From the NCBI GenBank assembly GCA_043228905.1, contig JBHGNT010000014.1, positions 16,554,001 through 16,618,000 on the forward strand: a stretch of DNA of 64,000 bases, read 5' to 3'. Position 1 is the stretch's first letter, and every line of letters begins with the position of its first letter. The translations under genes and the position numbers were made by a program. Source of the DNA: Azolla caroliniana (taxonomy: Eukaryota > Plantae > Polypodiophyta). Of this stretch, positions 40,170 to 52,515 are shown piece by piece. The notes beneath the pieces are model-generated. The model ran no database searches and was not told where the DNA came from. It worked only from the letters and a program-made list of their open reading frames with translations.

Positions 40170-42303
40170 AGGGGTGGGTCCGATGTGCCATGGTGTTGTC
40201 CGCCGGAATAGTAACTGACGGACAGGAGCGAAAAAATATAGAATATAGTATAAACGTAACGCATGTAAACAGTTCACGTGGGAAGCGTGAATGGCTAAAA
40301 AACCTTGTGTATATAAAGGGCAGAAATCCTCTGATAGAGGTAGCGTGTAAATTTTGGTGCATAGAGCGTATCTTATAGAGTTTTATCTTCTCTGATATCC
40401 TGTGCAAATCTGTGGTTAATCTACTGTGTGTCTGTGATTCTTGGTGGTGTAGTGTAATCTAGTGCACTGTCTAGGGAGTTCGGTTGTAGCCGTCTCTCTT
40501 ATACGCTACTAGGATACAGAGAGTTATCCCGTTATATATTACGATACAATGGTACCATTCGTGGAAACGCAGTCACCTTGAGGACTAGGTCGAAGGATTG
40601 ACTGAAGACCGTGTTCCTAATCGGTAACAGAAAGATGTGTCACGGTATTTGCGAGATTACAAGGCGGAAATGCTACGGTTCGGGATTTCGAAAGGACTGC
40701 AAGTGACATCCTTCAACCGGTTGGCGACCGACGGGCTTCAAGGGAGTATCCACGGGATACGGCAGCAAAATCCGACGTGGGAGGCATTTGAAGAGGCGCT
40801 AAAGACCACGTTCGCCATCAAGGACTCCTCCAAGGCACGAGGAGAGGATTCGAAGATTGGGTGGAAATGCCGGCATTCGAAAGTCTGTTCGGGAGGTTGT
40901 TAGCGAGAGATCAAGCTATCCTCGCACTGGACAAAGTGATCATGTTCCTATGAGCCGTGGACGTTCAGGACCAAAAAGACATTGGAGTGCTTCTGGTGGA
41001 CACGACCACCGAGAGTGGCCTCACCGATACATGGGATAACGTGCGAGATATCATCGCACGATACACGAAGAGGGGGAAATGGCTTGCTAGCAAAGAAAAG
41101 AGGGTTTCAAAACCGATTCCGAAACCAAGATCCGGATTGGAAGACCATCAACCGAGGGCTCGGGAGACTATGACCGGAAAGGGAATCGATACAACCACCG
41201 TGGAGCAGTTGCTGAAAGAAATGGAGAATCTGAAAATCGCGATGGTAAAGAAGTCGGATGACTGTCCCACAAGCTCCAAGTATATGGATTGTCGGTGCAT
41301 ATGGTGCGATAGCACCGAACATGATCGGAGGGATTGTGATGAGCACGAGGCATTACGACGGGATCTTATCTACTACGAGGGAAATCGGATCCATTCGATG
41401 GATTCTCGGAAGCCACTCCGACCGAACTTCCGGAAAGGAGGCATGAAGAAGGTCCTCGAGGAGGAAATAGCGGCGAAAAGCAATTATGCGACAACTGCGG
41501 GAATACGTGTCGGGGAGTCATCGGGAGCAAAGGCGTCTTTTTGGCCGGGATTGCTAGAAAACCCCGAGAAAATCGATTCCAATGATATCTGAAGCACCGC
41601 GGAAGGCATCCGAGAAGCTACAGGATGGGAGTGTCCTGTTGACAAGAATAGTGTACACACACCCTATGCCAATTGCATGAGGTGTATGTAGACAAGAAAC
41701 GACGACGCACGGATGATGCGACCGGACCATCAAAGACTCCGGAGGGAAGGGGAAAGAAAAGACGATTCTAGCATTCAAACTCGCCTCAGACATCAAACAA
41801 CAAATGGACTTGAAAAAAGTGTTCGAGGAGAGAATCCTCGATAGCCGGGTGGAATTTTCACTTCGGGAATTACTCAGAATAGCGAAGAAAGAGTTCCATG
41901 ATCTTCTTGTGGATCTCGTGAAGAGAAAAAGACAAAGTATGGAGGAGAATGCTCCAAGGGTAAATGTGAACAAGGTTTTAATGAATGACACCAAAGTGGA
42001 GAATGAAATTCCGAACTCCCACTACACAAGGCCACATTAGGCATGTGCAACTACGGAGACTCCGGTCCGAATCGGCAACATCAAAGAGCCCATGCTAGCA
42101 TTTATTGATCACGAATCGTAGATCAATTTGATGTCCAAGGAGTTCTATCGGAAGGGGAAATGGCCTATAAACACTAACCATGGATGGAAGATCCGAGCAG
42201 CCACTAAAGCAATGGAAGATCTATTTGCGGCTTGTCCGGATGTGACGATGAAGATCGGGGATGTCAAGATCGACCAAAATTTCTTCGTACGAGACGACGT
42301 CTC

Positions 42304-43926
42304 TGTTACCTGTAGGAGTTGTACGAGGCGGTATAAGGGTAAAACACGTTATGTGTAATGTATATGAGTGTGAGGATGAGTATGTGTGAGCACATGCACA
42401 ATTATGTGCATGTGACAAGAATATAATGGTCTCATTTTGTAATGGACATATTATTTACTGTTACATTATTTATTATATAAACCCCTTATGGGGCATGTAA
42501 TGAGAGATAGTTTTTTCCCCTCTCATTTGGTGTCATTTCCTATTTCTCTTTCTCTCTTGCTCTCTCTCTAACGTAACCCCCTTGGGAGGGGGGTGAAGCC
42601 ATTCTAGGCTTCACTCCCCACCCTAACAACACTTTTGGCACGCTTGAAAGGCCAACCCTCCTTTGAGAATAAGTCACATCTCCCTCCCTCCCTCTCCTCT
42701 CCATCACTAATTTCTCTCTCTCTCCTTTGTTGTGTGTTGTTACTATCTGTATTAGAGAGAGTGGTTTTGTGCATAGACTCTCTGTATGGTGATCTGTTTT
42801 TATTAAAGGTTCTTCATGCGCGTTGGGAATCGAGATCTAGAGATTTAGTGAGATGACTATCTTTTTGCTCTTCCCCCCCTATCTTTTGTGTGTTGTAATA
42901 TGTCATTCTTCTTTTTTCCAGATCCACCTTTACTTTGATTTCAAGAAAGAAACCCTAATCTTTATGTGCTTAGACGTAGCTATATTGTTCTCTCTCTATA
43001 GAAAGCAACTATCTGCAAAGAAAAGAGAACGATTCTGTGGATATTTGGAAGTTTTGGCTTCTTCAAGGAGAAAGGGTAAAGAAAAGAGAAACAAAGACAG
43101 AAACGAGGAAGCAGAGAAAAGGAAGAAGAAGAAAGAGAGTGGAGGGTATAAGCGAAAATTTCAATCATGCGAGGGCATGCATAGACGAAATTTCGAAAAC
43201 AGGAGGCCATACGACTAAATTTTATAAGGGCATAAAGAAAATTTCAAAAACTCTTGAGGGTAAAAATTTTAGAGAGCAAGGGTTAAAATATACAAAGCTC
43301 AATTCACATGACGAAACCGAAAATACACATACATGTAACAGAATCATGAAAGGCACATACCACAATGAAGGAGCCAATTGGTGTGTGATCCAATTGAGTG
43401 ACATGCTAACCGAACGAGAAGGTTCGAGTCAAGCTATGCTCCGATCGAAGTTATCGATCCTAGAGCTATGATCCGGTCGATGGATTTCCGACCGTTGAGA
43501 CTACTGATGGAGTTCCGGTCATTAATAGTTGCCATGGCGAGTCGGTTCATCGTGCGATGCACTGTCCCACATGCGTGCCATGTGTTACCCGTAGGAGTTG
43601 TACGGGGCGGTATAAGGGTAAAACATGTTAAAGGGGTTGTTCGGTATGTGTAATGTATATGAGTGTGAGGATGAGTATGTGTGAGCACATGTACAATTAT
43701 GTGTATGTGACAAGAATGTAATGGTCTCATTTTGTAACAGACATATTATTTACCGTTACATTATTTATTATATAAACCCCTTATGGGGCATGTAATGAGA
43801 GATAGTTTTTTCCCCTCTCATTTGGTGTCATTTCCTATTTGTCTTTCTCTCTTGCTCTCTCTCTAACGTAATCCCCTTGGGAGGGGGGTGAAGCCATTCT
43901 AGGCTTCACTCCCCACCCCAACAACA
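42304..43926 (+). mobile_element. Non-autonomous TRIM-like LTR element
   Basis: TSD gtctc; LTRs 42304-42631 and 43583-43926; PBS-like tggcacgc after LTR1; ~950 bp internal region with no recognisable coding sequence. Confidence 0.92.
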
Positions 43927-46900
43927 GTCTCACATTCCATGATCCTTGGGCAACCCTTTATCACGGCTTCATAGATGGAGACAAAGGTGCTTGATAGGGG
44001 TGCGGCTTTCGCACGAATTCGGAGCCAAAGTGGAGGGAAATCCGTCCAATTCCTAACTTTGCCGGCAAATCATGAAAGTAACAAGAGAGAGCTCTTTTCC
44101 CAAACAAGGATGGATTTTTAGAGGGGAATGTTGCAGAGTGGGGAAGTAATAGTCCGAGAAGCCCTAATACCTCACACAAGAAGAAAACTCTCGGAGCAAA
44201 ACAAGTACGAATCAGTCCGGATGGGGCATCTACGTACACGGCCGTAACCGGAGGAAAGAAGAAAGAATACCGAAAAGTAGAGTATAAGTTGCGGTCGGCA
44301 TCAATAATAAAAGAAGACGAAGAAATCGTGGGGGTAGTTGAAGAAGTGTTCTATGGGAGCACGCTACGACGGCTTAAAGAGCTTGTGGAGGATAAAAGCC
44401 AAGGAGACTGGGTAATCCCGGTGGAATCGGTCGAGATGTACGAAATCATTGCGAAAATGGGGCTGGATGTGCTCCGCAAAGAAGAAGCAATGGTAAGTAC
44501 GAAATACAAGACCATGGATAAGAAAGTGAAACTGGTCGCGGAATCATTACCCGCCGATAGCGAGCAAAAGAGGAAATAAGTCTCGGGAGATCCGACACTT
44601 TGGTAGTCTGTGGATATCGAATATGCCTTCACGGATGAGACCTGGAAGAAACTTCGGATCGGTGGAGGTGGTTTCCTTTTACAAAATGAAGAAGAACGAT
44701 TCCCGGAGATGTTGGAACAACATGGAAAAGCATTTGCATTCACATCAAAAGAGATAGGGTGCGTTGATCCGAAGATAGTGGAGCCGATGGTGATCTTCAC
44801 GATTGATCATGTGTCGTGGAACCTAAAGCCAATTCCGGTGCCATGGGTGCATATTTCGAAAGTCATCGACTTGCTCAAGGAGAAGGTGGCGATGGGGATT
44901 CTAGAGCCATCAAACGCTCCATACTCAAATTGATGGTTTACGGTTCCGAAGAAGAATGGGTCATTCCGATTTATCCAAGACTTGCAACCGGTGAACAAGG
45001 TCACGATCTGGAACTTCGGAGTCGGTCTGATAGTGGACGAATTTGCGGAAGCATTTGCCGGTCGTGCGATATACTCCATCGGAAACCTATACTTGGGGTA
45101 TGACCAATTCCAACTAGCCGTGGAGGCTCGAGACATCACTACCATGCGGACTCCGATAGGATTAGTCCGAATATGCACACTACCACAAGGATCGACAAAC
45201 TCGGTTGCACATATGATGAACGCGATGAACATGGTGCTTCGAGATTGCATTCCGGAGATAACGATGCCGTTCCTAGATGACATTCTGATGAAAGGATGCG
45301 CGGTAGAAGAAAAAGATGAAACTATGGATGATCGGGGATGCCAAAAGTTTGTAGTCGACCATATTGTGATTGCGAGAAAGTGCTTCGAAAGTTAGAAGAT
45401 GTGCACCTAACATTTTCCGGGGAGAAATCGGCATTCGGGCAAGAAGAGATATTGGTAGTCGAACATCTATGTGGGCCCTATGGCCGAAGACCGTCACCAA
45501 CCAAGATCGATGCAATTCAAGCTATGAAAGAAGTATGCGAGTCACAATCCGAAGTCCGAAGGTTTCTTGGATCTTGTGCATTTTATCACATATGGATTCC
45601 GCACTATGCACATATTGCAGACCCACTCTATCACTTATTGCAGAAGGGGAAGAAGTTTGAATGGAAACCGGAACACACCAAAGCCATGAAGAAGCTCAAG
45701 AAAACACTACGGAGGGCTGAAGCACTTAAGAAGCTGAGCTATGAGCGACCGATCATAGTAACGGTTGATACAAGTCCAACCGGGATCGGATGGGTCATCA
45801 ATCAACCCGACTCGGATGGTTTGCGATATCCGATCCGAGTCGGAGCAAAGGTTCTCAACGAAAGGCAACGCGGATATGCACAAGTCAAAAGAGAATTTTG
45901 GGGAGTAGTGTCGGCAATCAAATCGGATCGCGATTATTTGATCGGAGCCGAAGTAGTGATCGAAACGGATTGTCTTCCGATACTCGGGATGATGCGGTGT
46001 TGCATGATACCGGATGTGGATATGCTAAGATGGATTGCATATGTTAAGTCGCTTAACCTTGACGTATGACATATCTCCGGAAAAGACAACGCGGTAGCGG
46101 ATATGCTATCAAGGGCTTGGTTCAGAGACGACATAACTGAATCCGATAATGAAGAAGTTTCTGAAGACTACTTTGCTTCGGAGCACATATGCTGAGTAAA
46201 CGTAATCCGAGAGTTCCGAGAAGAAGAATATGAGGGAGAAAGCTTGATGATCGGGAAGGTGCTACAAGAGATTGAGGAATCATCGGACGATAAAGAGAAG
46301 AGAGTCGAGATCCGAAGGAAGAAGAGGCAAGTCAAAAAATTCTTCTTGAAAAATGGATTAATATGGAGGGAGCCGAAGAGACCGGATGGCATACCACTTC
46401 GGGTAGTCGGGACAAAAGAGCAACGAAACCGGATAATGTTCGAGTTTCACGAATCCAATTGGGCTGGACATTGAGGGACATGGACAACTTTTGTGAAAAT
46501 CAAACAAAAATATTAGTGGAAGAATATGTACAAAGATATAACGGAGTTCACGAAAAGCTGCGAGAAGTGTCAAATCTACTCCAGAGTTCGACACCGAGAT
46601 GAGTTACATCCGACATTCTCACCGACAATCAACTTCAAATGGATGGTTGACATTGTAGCCATGCCAACCGGGATCGGACAAAAGAAGTACTTGGTGTTAG
46701 CTCGGGAAGATCTCACAAATCAAGTAGAAGGTCGGGCGCTACAAAGGAAAATGCGTTTTGTTGTATGCCAATTTCTTTTTGGAGGAGGTATTTTGCAGGT
46801 ACAGGTGCGTAGGACAAGTGATTGCGGATCAGGGAGAACTCGACTCTGATAAAGCTAGGGAATTTTTCACCAAACATGGAGTTCGATTAACACTAACAAC

Positions 46901-47919
46901 GGCATACAATCCGGAGGCCAACGGGAAAATCGAACGAGGACATAGTCTGATTGTCAAAGCACTTGCCAAAGCATGCGACGGAAGGGTGAAGGATTGGTCG
47001 CTGATGCTCCCGTATGCACTATGGGCGGATCGGACGACGCATAGCTCCGTAACCGGTTATATGCCAACAGAACTTATGACCGAACAAGCACCGGTAATGC
47101 CGACGGAAACCGCGATCGCGACATGGACAATGCTACCGTGGAAGGAAGATATGAGCCAGGAAGAACTACTAGTGGTCCGAATACGACAACTAGAGGGAAG
47201 ACTGGATGACATAGCGGAAGCAACACGCCGACAATAAGAAGCGCGATTCCGGAACAAAAGCCGGTTCGACACAAAGCACCGACTACGACCACGGAAGATT
47301 GAAGAAGGAGATTGGGTGATTGTATATGACAGTAGTTTGGATCATCAACATACAATGATACGGAAGTTCACGAAAAGGTGGTTCAGACCATATGAGGTTC
47401 GGAACGTTTTCGACAATGGAACTTACCAACTATGCAAGTTGGATGGAACAATACTACGAGTGCTTATAGCGGGGAAACGGGTAAAGATCTTCAAGAAGCG
47501 AACTGATGACGAACCCTATGTAACCCTAGATAGGACCGAGAACGAGGAGCAACCGGACAAAGATTGTGGTGATGCGGAAAGCGAAGAAAGTGGACTTCAA
47601 CTCGTAGTCGACATAAGGGGAGAATCGGAGAGTGCTACGGATGAAGGCGAATAATGAGCATCGGGAACTTCGGCACATACCGGAGGATGTGTGGGTTTGG
47701 AGGGGGCGAGTGTCGTAGTGTAATTCGCACACTACTTGAAAATTGCATTTTGGTTCCTACGGATGGGACAAGGAGGAACCGGATGAAGGAGAAACTGGCA
47801 AGGAAGACTTGGTAAGAACCAGATCAAGCAGAACTGGCAAGAGCCGGATAAAGAAGGCTGGTGAGAGTCTCTCAGCGGATGAAGAGACAAATTTATAAAT
47901 AGAAGAAAAGATTGTTACA

Positions 47920-47990
47920 TGAATAGGGCAAGATTCAAACCTTGTACCTCCACATAGACAAACCCCTACCTTACCATTATACTAACTTAT
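47920..47990 (-). other. tRNA-like A/B-box module in LTR of E
   Basis: Minus strand TAGTATAATGGTAAGG, then AGGTACAAGGTTTGAATCTTGC; A-to-B spacing 32 nt. Confidence 0.7.
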
Positions 47991-48544
47991 CCTAAGTGTT
48001 CTAAATATAGATTTAATACATATAAGACCTTTATTTACGCCTACCTTTATTAAAAGATAAGTCATGCATTTTTAGAATGCGTGAATACTTTATTTATAAG
48101 AAAAATGTACACCAATAAAAAATTACTCGTGCACATCTAGCGAGCATGAGCACTATATTTAGGAAATAAAAGCATAGTGTAAAAAGCAACTCATGCACAT
48201 TTAGTGTGCATAAACACTTTAGAAAAAGCATGAAGCTATGATTAGCCTTTTCCATCCTTATATAAGGAAGAGAGAAAGATGTATGAGGTTGTTGATTATT
48301 TTACAAGGATTGATCAATCTAATATATTCGTGGGATTCATGAGTTTATCATAAAAATTCTCTTTTTCTTACAATCTAAATATTGACTAAATACACTAAAA
48401 ACGTGGGATTCATAAGTTTTATTTCTTACTTCTCTTTCTACCTATTCATAATTAGCCTTATATTGTATTCTTCTTTCTCCTAGTCCAAAACCTCAATGGT
48501 TCCCACCTAACTCACGCAACGATCCGGAGCCAAAAGGCACGACA

Positions 48545-48922
48545 ACACGTACGTTTGAAAACGTCCACGCAATCGTGCACACGTGCGTACGCCCGAAACA
48601 TGCACACCACATAGTGTAACCCAAGTCACCTTGAACATTTTGTGCTCCACACATTGATATAATGAATAGGTTTTGGCTTTCTATATATATTGGGGAATCC
48701 AAATTTATCCTATCTATGTGGGATAGCTCACAGTTTTGTTTTTTTCCCCTTTTCTCTTCAAACTTCTCACTCACATAACGTGATGCTTGTTTATCCATTT
48801 CATGCGTAGGAAAATACGTTATGAAGCTCTTGAAGACATATTTCTTTCCACATCAATACATTAACCTAATCTTAAATAATTATTTTACTAGTTTTCATAT
48901 CGTGTGTGAAAACCACACGACA
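48545..48922 (+). mobile_element. Probable 3' part of another Gypsy LTR
   Basis: TATA-like ctatatatat, CT-rich tract, ends cacacgaca like the lineage terminus, abuts an interrupted Copia gag. Confidence 0.55.
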
Positions 48923-51900
48923 ACGCTCTCCCTAGCGAGAAGTTGGATCACAACAACTTTGCATCTTGGGAGTACAAGATGCACCAATACCTTGTCAGGC
49001 AAGGCTATTGGAGTTACATCAAGGGAGCACAAGAAAACCGACCCGACTCGAAAGATGCCGACTATGCAACTTGGGAGCAAGCGGCAAGCCGAGTGATGTA
49101 TTGCTTGACGACATGTGTTCACAACCACATGCTCGGTTACATTCGAGAAGCCGAGACGTCGAAGAAAGATTTTCGCCACCAACACGACCGCGAGGAAGCT
49201 TCAACTCTGCCAAGAGTCGAACAACATCCAACAAAGGGATATGTCCATCACAAGCTACACCTTGAAGATCAAGGAGCTTTGTGATGCACTCGACTCAATA
49301 AGCGTCAATGTGGAGGATGACGAAATAGTGCAAATATGCCTCGACGGCCTTGCACCACGGTTCGGCGCGATGCGGACCGTCGTACTAGCACGAGAGAATC
49401 CGCCCTCCTTCTTCGATTTTCAATCCATGTTGTTGGTCGAATAAAACCATGTTCGAACGAGGAGTAACACCTCGGAAGGCCACATGCTCTACACGCATTC
49501 GAACGGAGGAAGAGGACGCGGTCGTGCAAGAAGAGGCTGATTAGGCCAAGGACGAGGAGGACGAGGCCTGACTTACGAAAACAACTCGCAATTTCGACAT
49601 CAAGACTGAAGCCATCGAGGAATCTTTGAAAGAAGGGGGACCTTCCAGTCCAATCTGAGTGGACAAAACTCGGTCGAATGCGGATATTGTGGAAAAATTG
49701 GCCACCGCGAAGAAGAGTGCCAAAAGAAGATGTGTGAGTCGACTCCCACTAGTCGAAAACTCACCAATTATGCCACCGACTCCGAGTACGACGATTATAG
49801 TGGATTATTCGTAATGAGACATAGAGCGAACTCTATGTCGGCCTCTACTTCTACTAGTGCCTCCGGTCCGGAAGACGTATGGTTCGTCGATTCTGGTGCC
49901 TCGAACCATATGACGTCGCATCAAGAATGGTTTTGAGAACTTTGAGACCCGGACTGACTCGGCTATGTCGAAACCGGAGACGACACTACGCACCCGATTC
50001 GGCACATCGGCAATGTTCCGTTCAAAAAAGAACGTAAGAAAAATTACATTAAAAATTTCTTGCATGTACCAACCATTACGAAGAATTTGGTCTCCGTCAG
50101 CCAAATTGTCGAGCAAGGAATGCAAGTTCGATTTAATCAAGGCAGTTGCTTCATCGAAAAAGAGGGCCGACTCATCACGCATGCACGGAGAGAGGGTCGA
50201 ATGTTCATTCTCGACTCGCACAAGATGAAATCGTCCATGTTCGCAAAAGGCACGAAAGCCAAGTCCGACATAGAGTTATGGCATAAGTAGATTGGCCATA
50301 TCAACCTTCAAAAGCTCAAGGCGATGCAATTGAAAGGACTCGTCATCGGACTCCCAACCTTCAAAGAGAGAGAGATTGAAGGCGTATGTGCGGCTTGCTA
50401 ATTCAACAAGCAACATCGGCATCCATTTCCGAAGGAGAGGAATGTAAGCAAAGGCGTACTCAATGTAATTCATTCCGATGTATGGGGACCGGCTCAAACG
50501 GTGACATTCGGCGAATGCCGATACTACGCGACCTTTATCGACGACTTCTCTAGGCACACTTAGATATACTCGATGCAGCAAAAGAATGAAGTGTTCGGAC
50601 ACTTCCCAAAATTCAAGAGTGGAATCGAAAAAGCTACGAGTCGCCACGTACGGTGCCTTCGATCGGATGGAGGCAAGGAATATTTCTCGGATGAGTTTAC
50701 GGCGTATCTACGGAAAGAAGGAATTCAGCAAGAGTTTTCGTGTCAACATACGCCACAACAAAACAGAGTGGCCAAACGAAAGAATCGGCACATCCTCGAA
50801 GTGGCACGCACGGGCCATGATGAACGAAAAGCACGTGCCGAAGTCGTACTAGGTAGAAGTGGCTAACACGGCCGTATACCTCATGAATAGGTGTACGACA
50901 TCGGGTGTGCACGAACTTACTCCGCACGAGAAGTTTTTCGGAAAGAAGCCGGACCAATCACATGTTCGGATATTCGGCTCCATTGCATACATGCACATCC
51001 CCGATGAAAAGCGACAAAAGCTCGACCCGAAGCCGGAGAAATGTATCTTCGTAGGATACTCACTGGAGTAAACAGGGTACAAGTGTTATAACCCCTCAAC
51101 TCGAAAATCTCGAGTAAGTGGAGATGTTGTTTTCGACGAGTCCGCATCTTGGTACGCACTAGAGACAACTTCGACTCTAATTCTGCTCGACCCGGAATAC
51201 ACTGAAATAGAGATAGAAGCCGAAGATCGGCTCACGCGCATGTTCGAAGAAAGCCCGATTACGACAAGGCTTACTGGGCCACAAGAGCCCCCGAGTGATC
51301 AAAGCACATCTTGTCCGAGTCCGAAGCTGGACAAAGGGAAGGCAAAAATGCCGGAGTATGAAGAAGATCACTTCGACAACAACGAATCGACTCACTCCCT
51401 CGATAGTGAGTTCGAAGGCCTTGATATCCAAACAAATGGAGCGAAGAAAGCCGTAGTATCGGCAAACGAGAAGCTTTGTCGATCCACCCATAAAAAGAAC
51501 CATGTAAGTTGATTCGGCTACAATGATTATATGGCGTAACATTACACCTTTATGATGAAGGTGGCAACAGTACGGGAGCCAAAAACCTTTTCTGAAGTTG
51601 CGAAGGACCCGCGATGGATCAAAGCAATGAATGAGGAGATGCGTGCATTACGCAAGAACGAGACATGGGATGTCGCTCCCCACTCATTCCACAAGAAGGC
51701 AATTGGCTGCAGATGGATCTACAAGGTGAAGTATAATGCCAATGGCTCCGTAAACCGAATCAAATCTCGACTCGTAGCGAAAGGATACGCTCAGTCGCAT
51801 GGAGTCGACTATGAAGAGACATTTGCCCTGGTGGCAAATATGACGACTATGCGGACCATAATTGCACTCGCAACGGTGACAGGGTGGCACCTCCACCAGA

Positions 51901-51974
51901 TGGCGAATTAGAAGAGGAGGTGTACATGGTACAACCTCCCCGCTTCGAATCGCGCATTCATTCGAAAGTCGTGT
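48923..51974 (+). pseudogene. Copia element F fragment (same broad group as A and H): gag-PR-INT-partial RT
   Basis: [39 protein letters not shown]; many stops; no LTRs. Confidence 0.9.
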
Positions 51975-52035
51975 ATACTCCATGGCTGATTTGTACTCCG
52001 GATATGATCAATTTTAGCTTGCTTTGGATAGTAGG

Positions 52036-52515
52036 TATCGTGACTTGAGAATAGGAGAGAGAAAAATAAGATGACAGTAGAAGGTAGAGGGAGAGAGAGA
52101 GAGAGAGAGAGAGAGAACACTAGAATGGAAAGAGAGTTTATATTATAAGAGAGCAAGGATTACAAAGAGTAGGCTAAGGGGCTACAAACTGGTGTTGAAC
52201 CGAATGAGTTGTGATGAATGAATACACACCTATTTATAGGTCCTTATGGAGTATTCTAGAATGTTCTAGAATATTTATGATATTTATGATATTTAATATT
52301 ATTATGGAATATCCTAGAATGTTCTAGAATACTCTAGATTGTTTTAGAATACTCTAGAATGTTCTAGAATACTCTAAATGTCTTGTAATAACTAATAATA
52401 CATTTATTATAACTATACATCATATATGTTAGTATAATGGTTAAAGGTCTAATGTATAGACCAAGACGTCTTGGGCTCGAATCCTTGTAAGGCCAAAATG
52501 TATGTCATCATGACA
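52036..52515 (-). mobile_element. Solo LTR, 480 bp
   Basis: tatcgtga...tcatgaca ends, 5-bp TSD gtagg; orientation inferred from minus-strand TATA (ctataaata) and CT tract. Confidence 0.85.
52423..52496 (+). other. tRNA-like A/B-box module in solo LTR
   Basis: TAGTATAATGG, GGTCTA-ATGTA-TAGACC hairpin, GGCTCGAATCC; A-to-B spacing 33 nt. Confidence 0.7.

Larger units (their letters stand above)
26263..40548 (+). mobile_element. Athila-like Ty3/Gypsy element, 5' truncated, protease region deleted, three nested insertions
   Basis: gag CFVCQQPGHYARQC; RT KKNGKIRVCVDFRKLN/DGFNGYN; RH YYASQKL...KFRHYLLGRKF; INT DFVGPF/DYCTKWVEA/GPY; 3' extra ORF; PPT aaaggggtggg; LTR 40184-40548. Confidence 0.85.
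40570..48544 (+). mobile_element. Gypsy (Trp lineage) element E, 5' LTR missing, degenerate
   Basis: gag CIWCDSTEHDRRDC, protease, RT/RH/INT to 47654, PPT ggagggggcgag, 3' LTR 47711-48544. Confidence 0.92.

Noticed and set aside
40549-40570. PBS-like atggtaccattcg after the Athila-like 3' LTR (tandem element)
   Set aside because: No tRNA match I can support, and the downstream sequence belongs to a different Gypsy lineage
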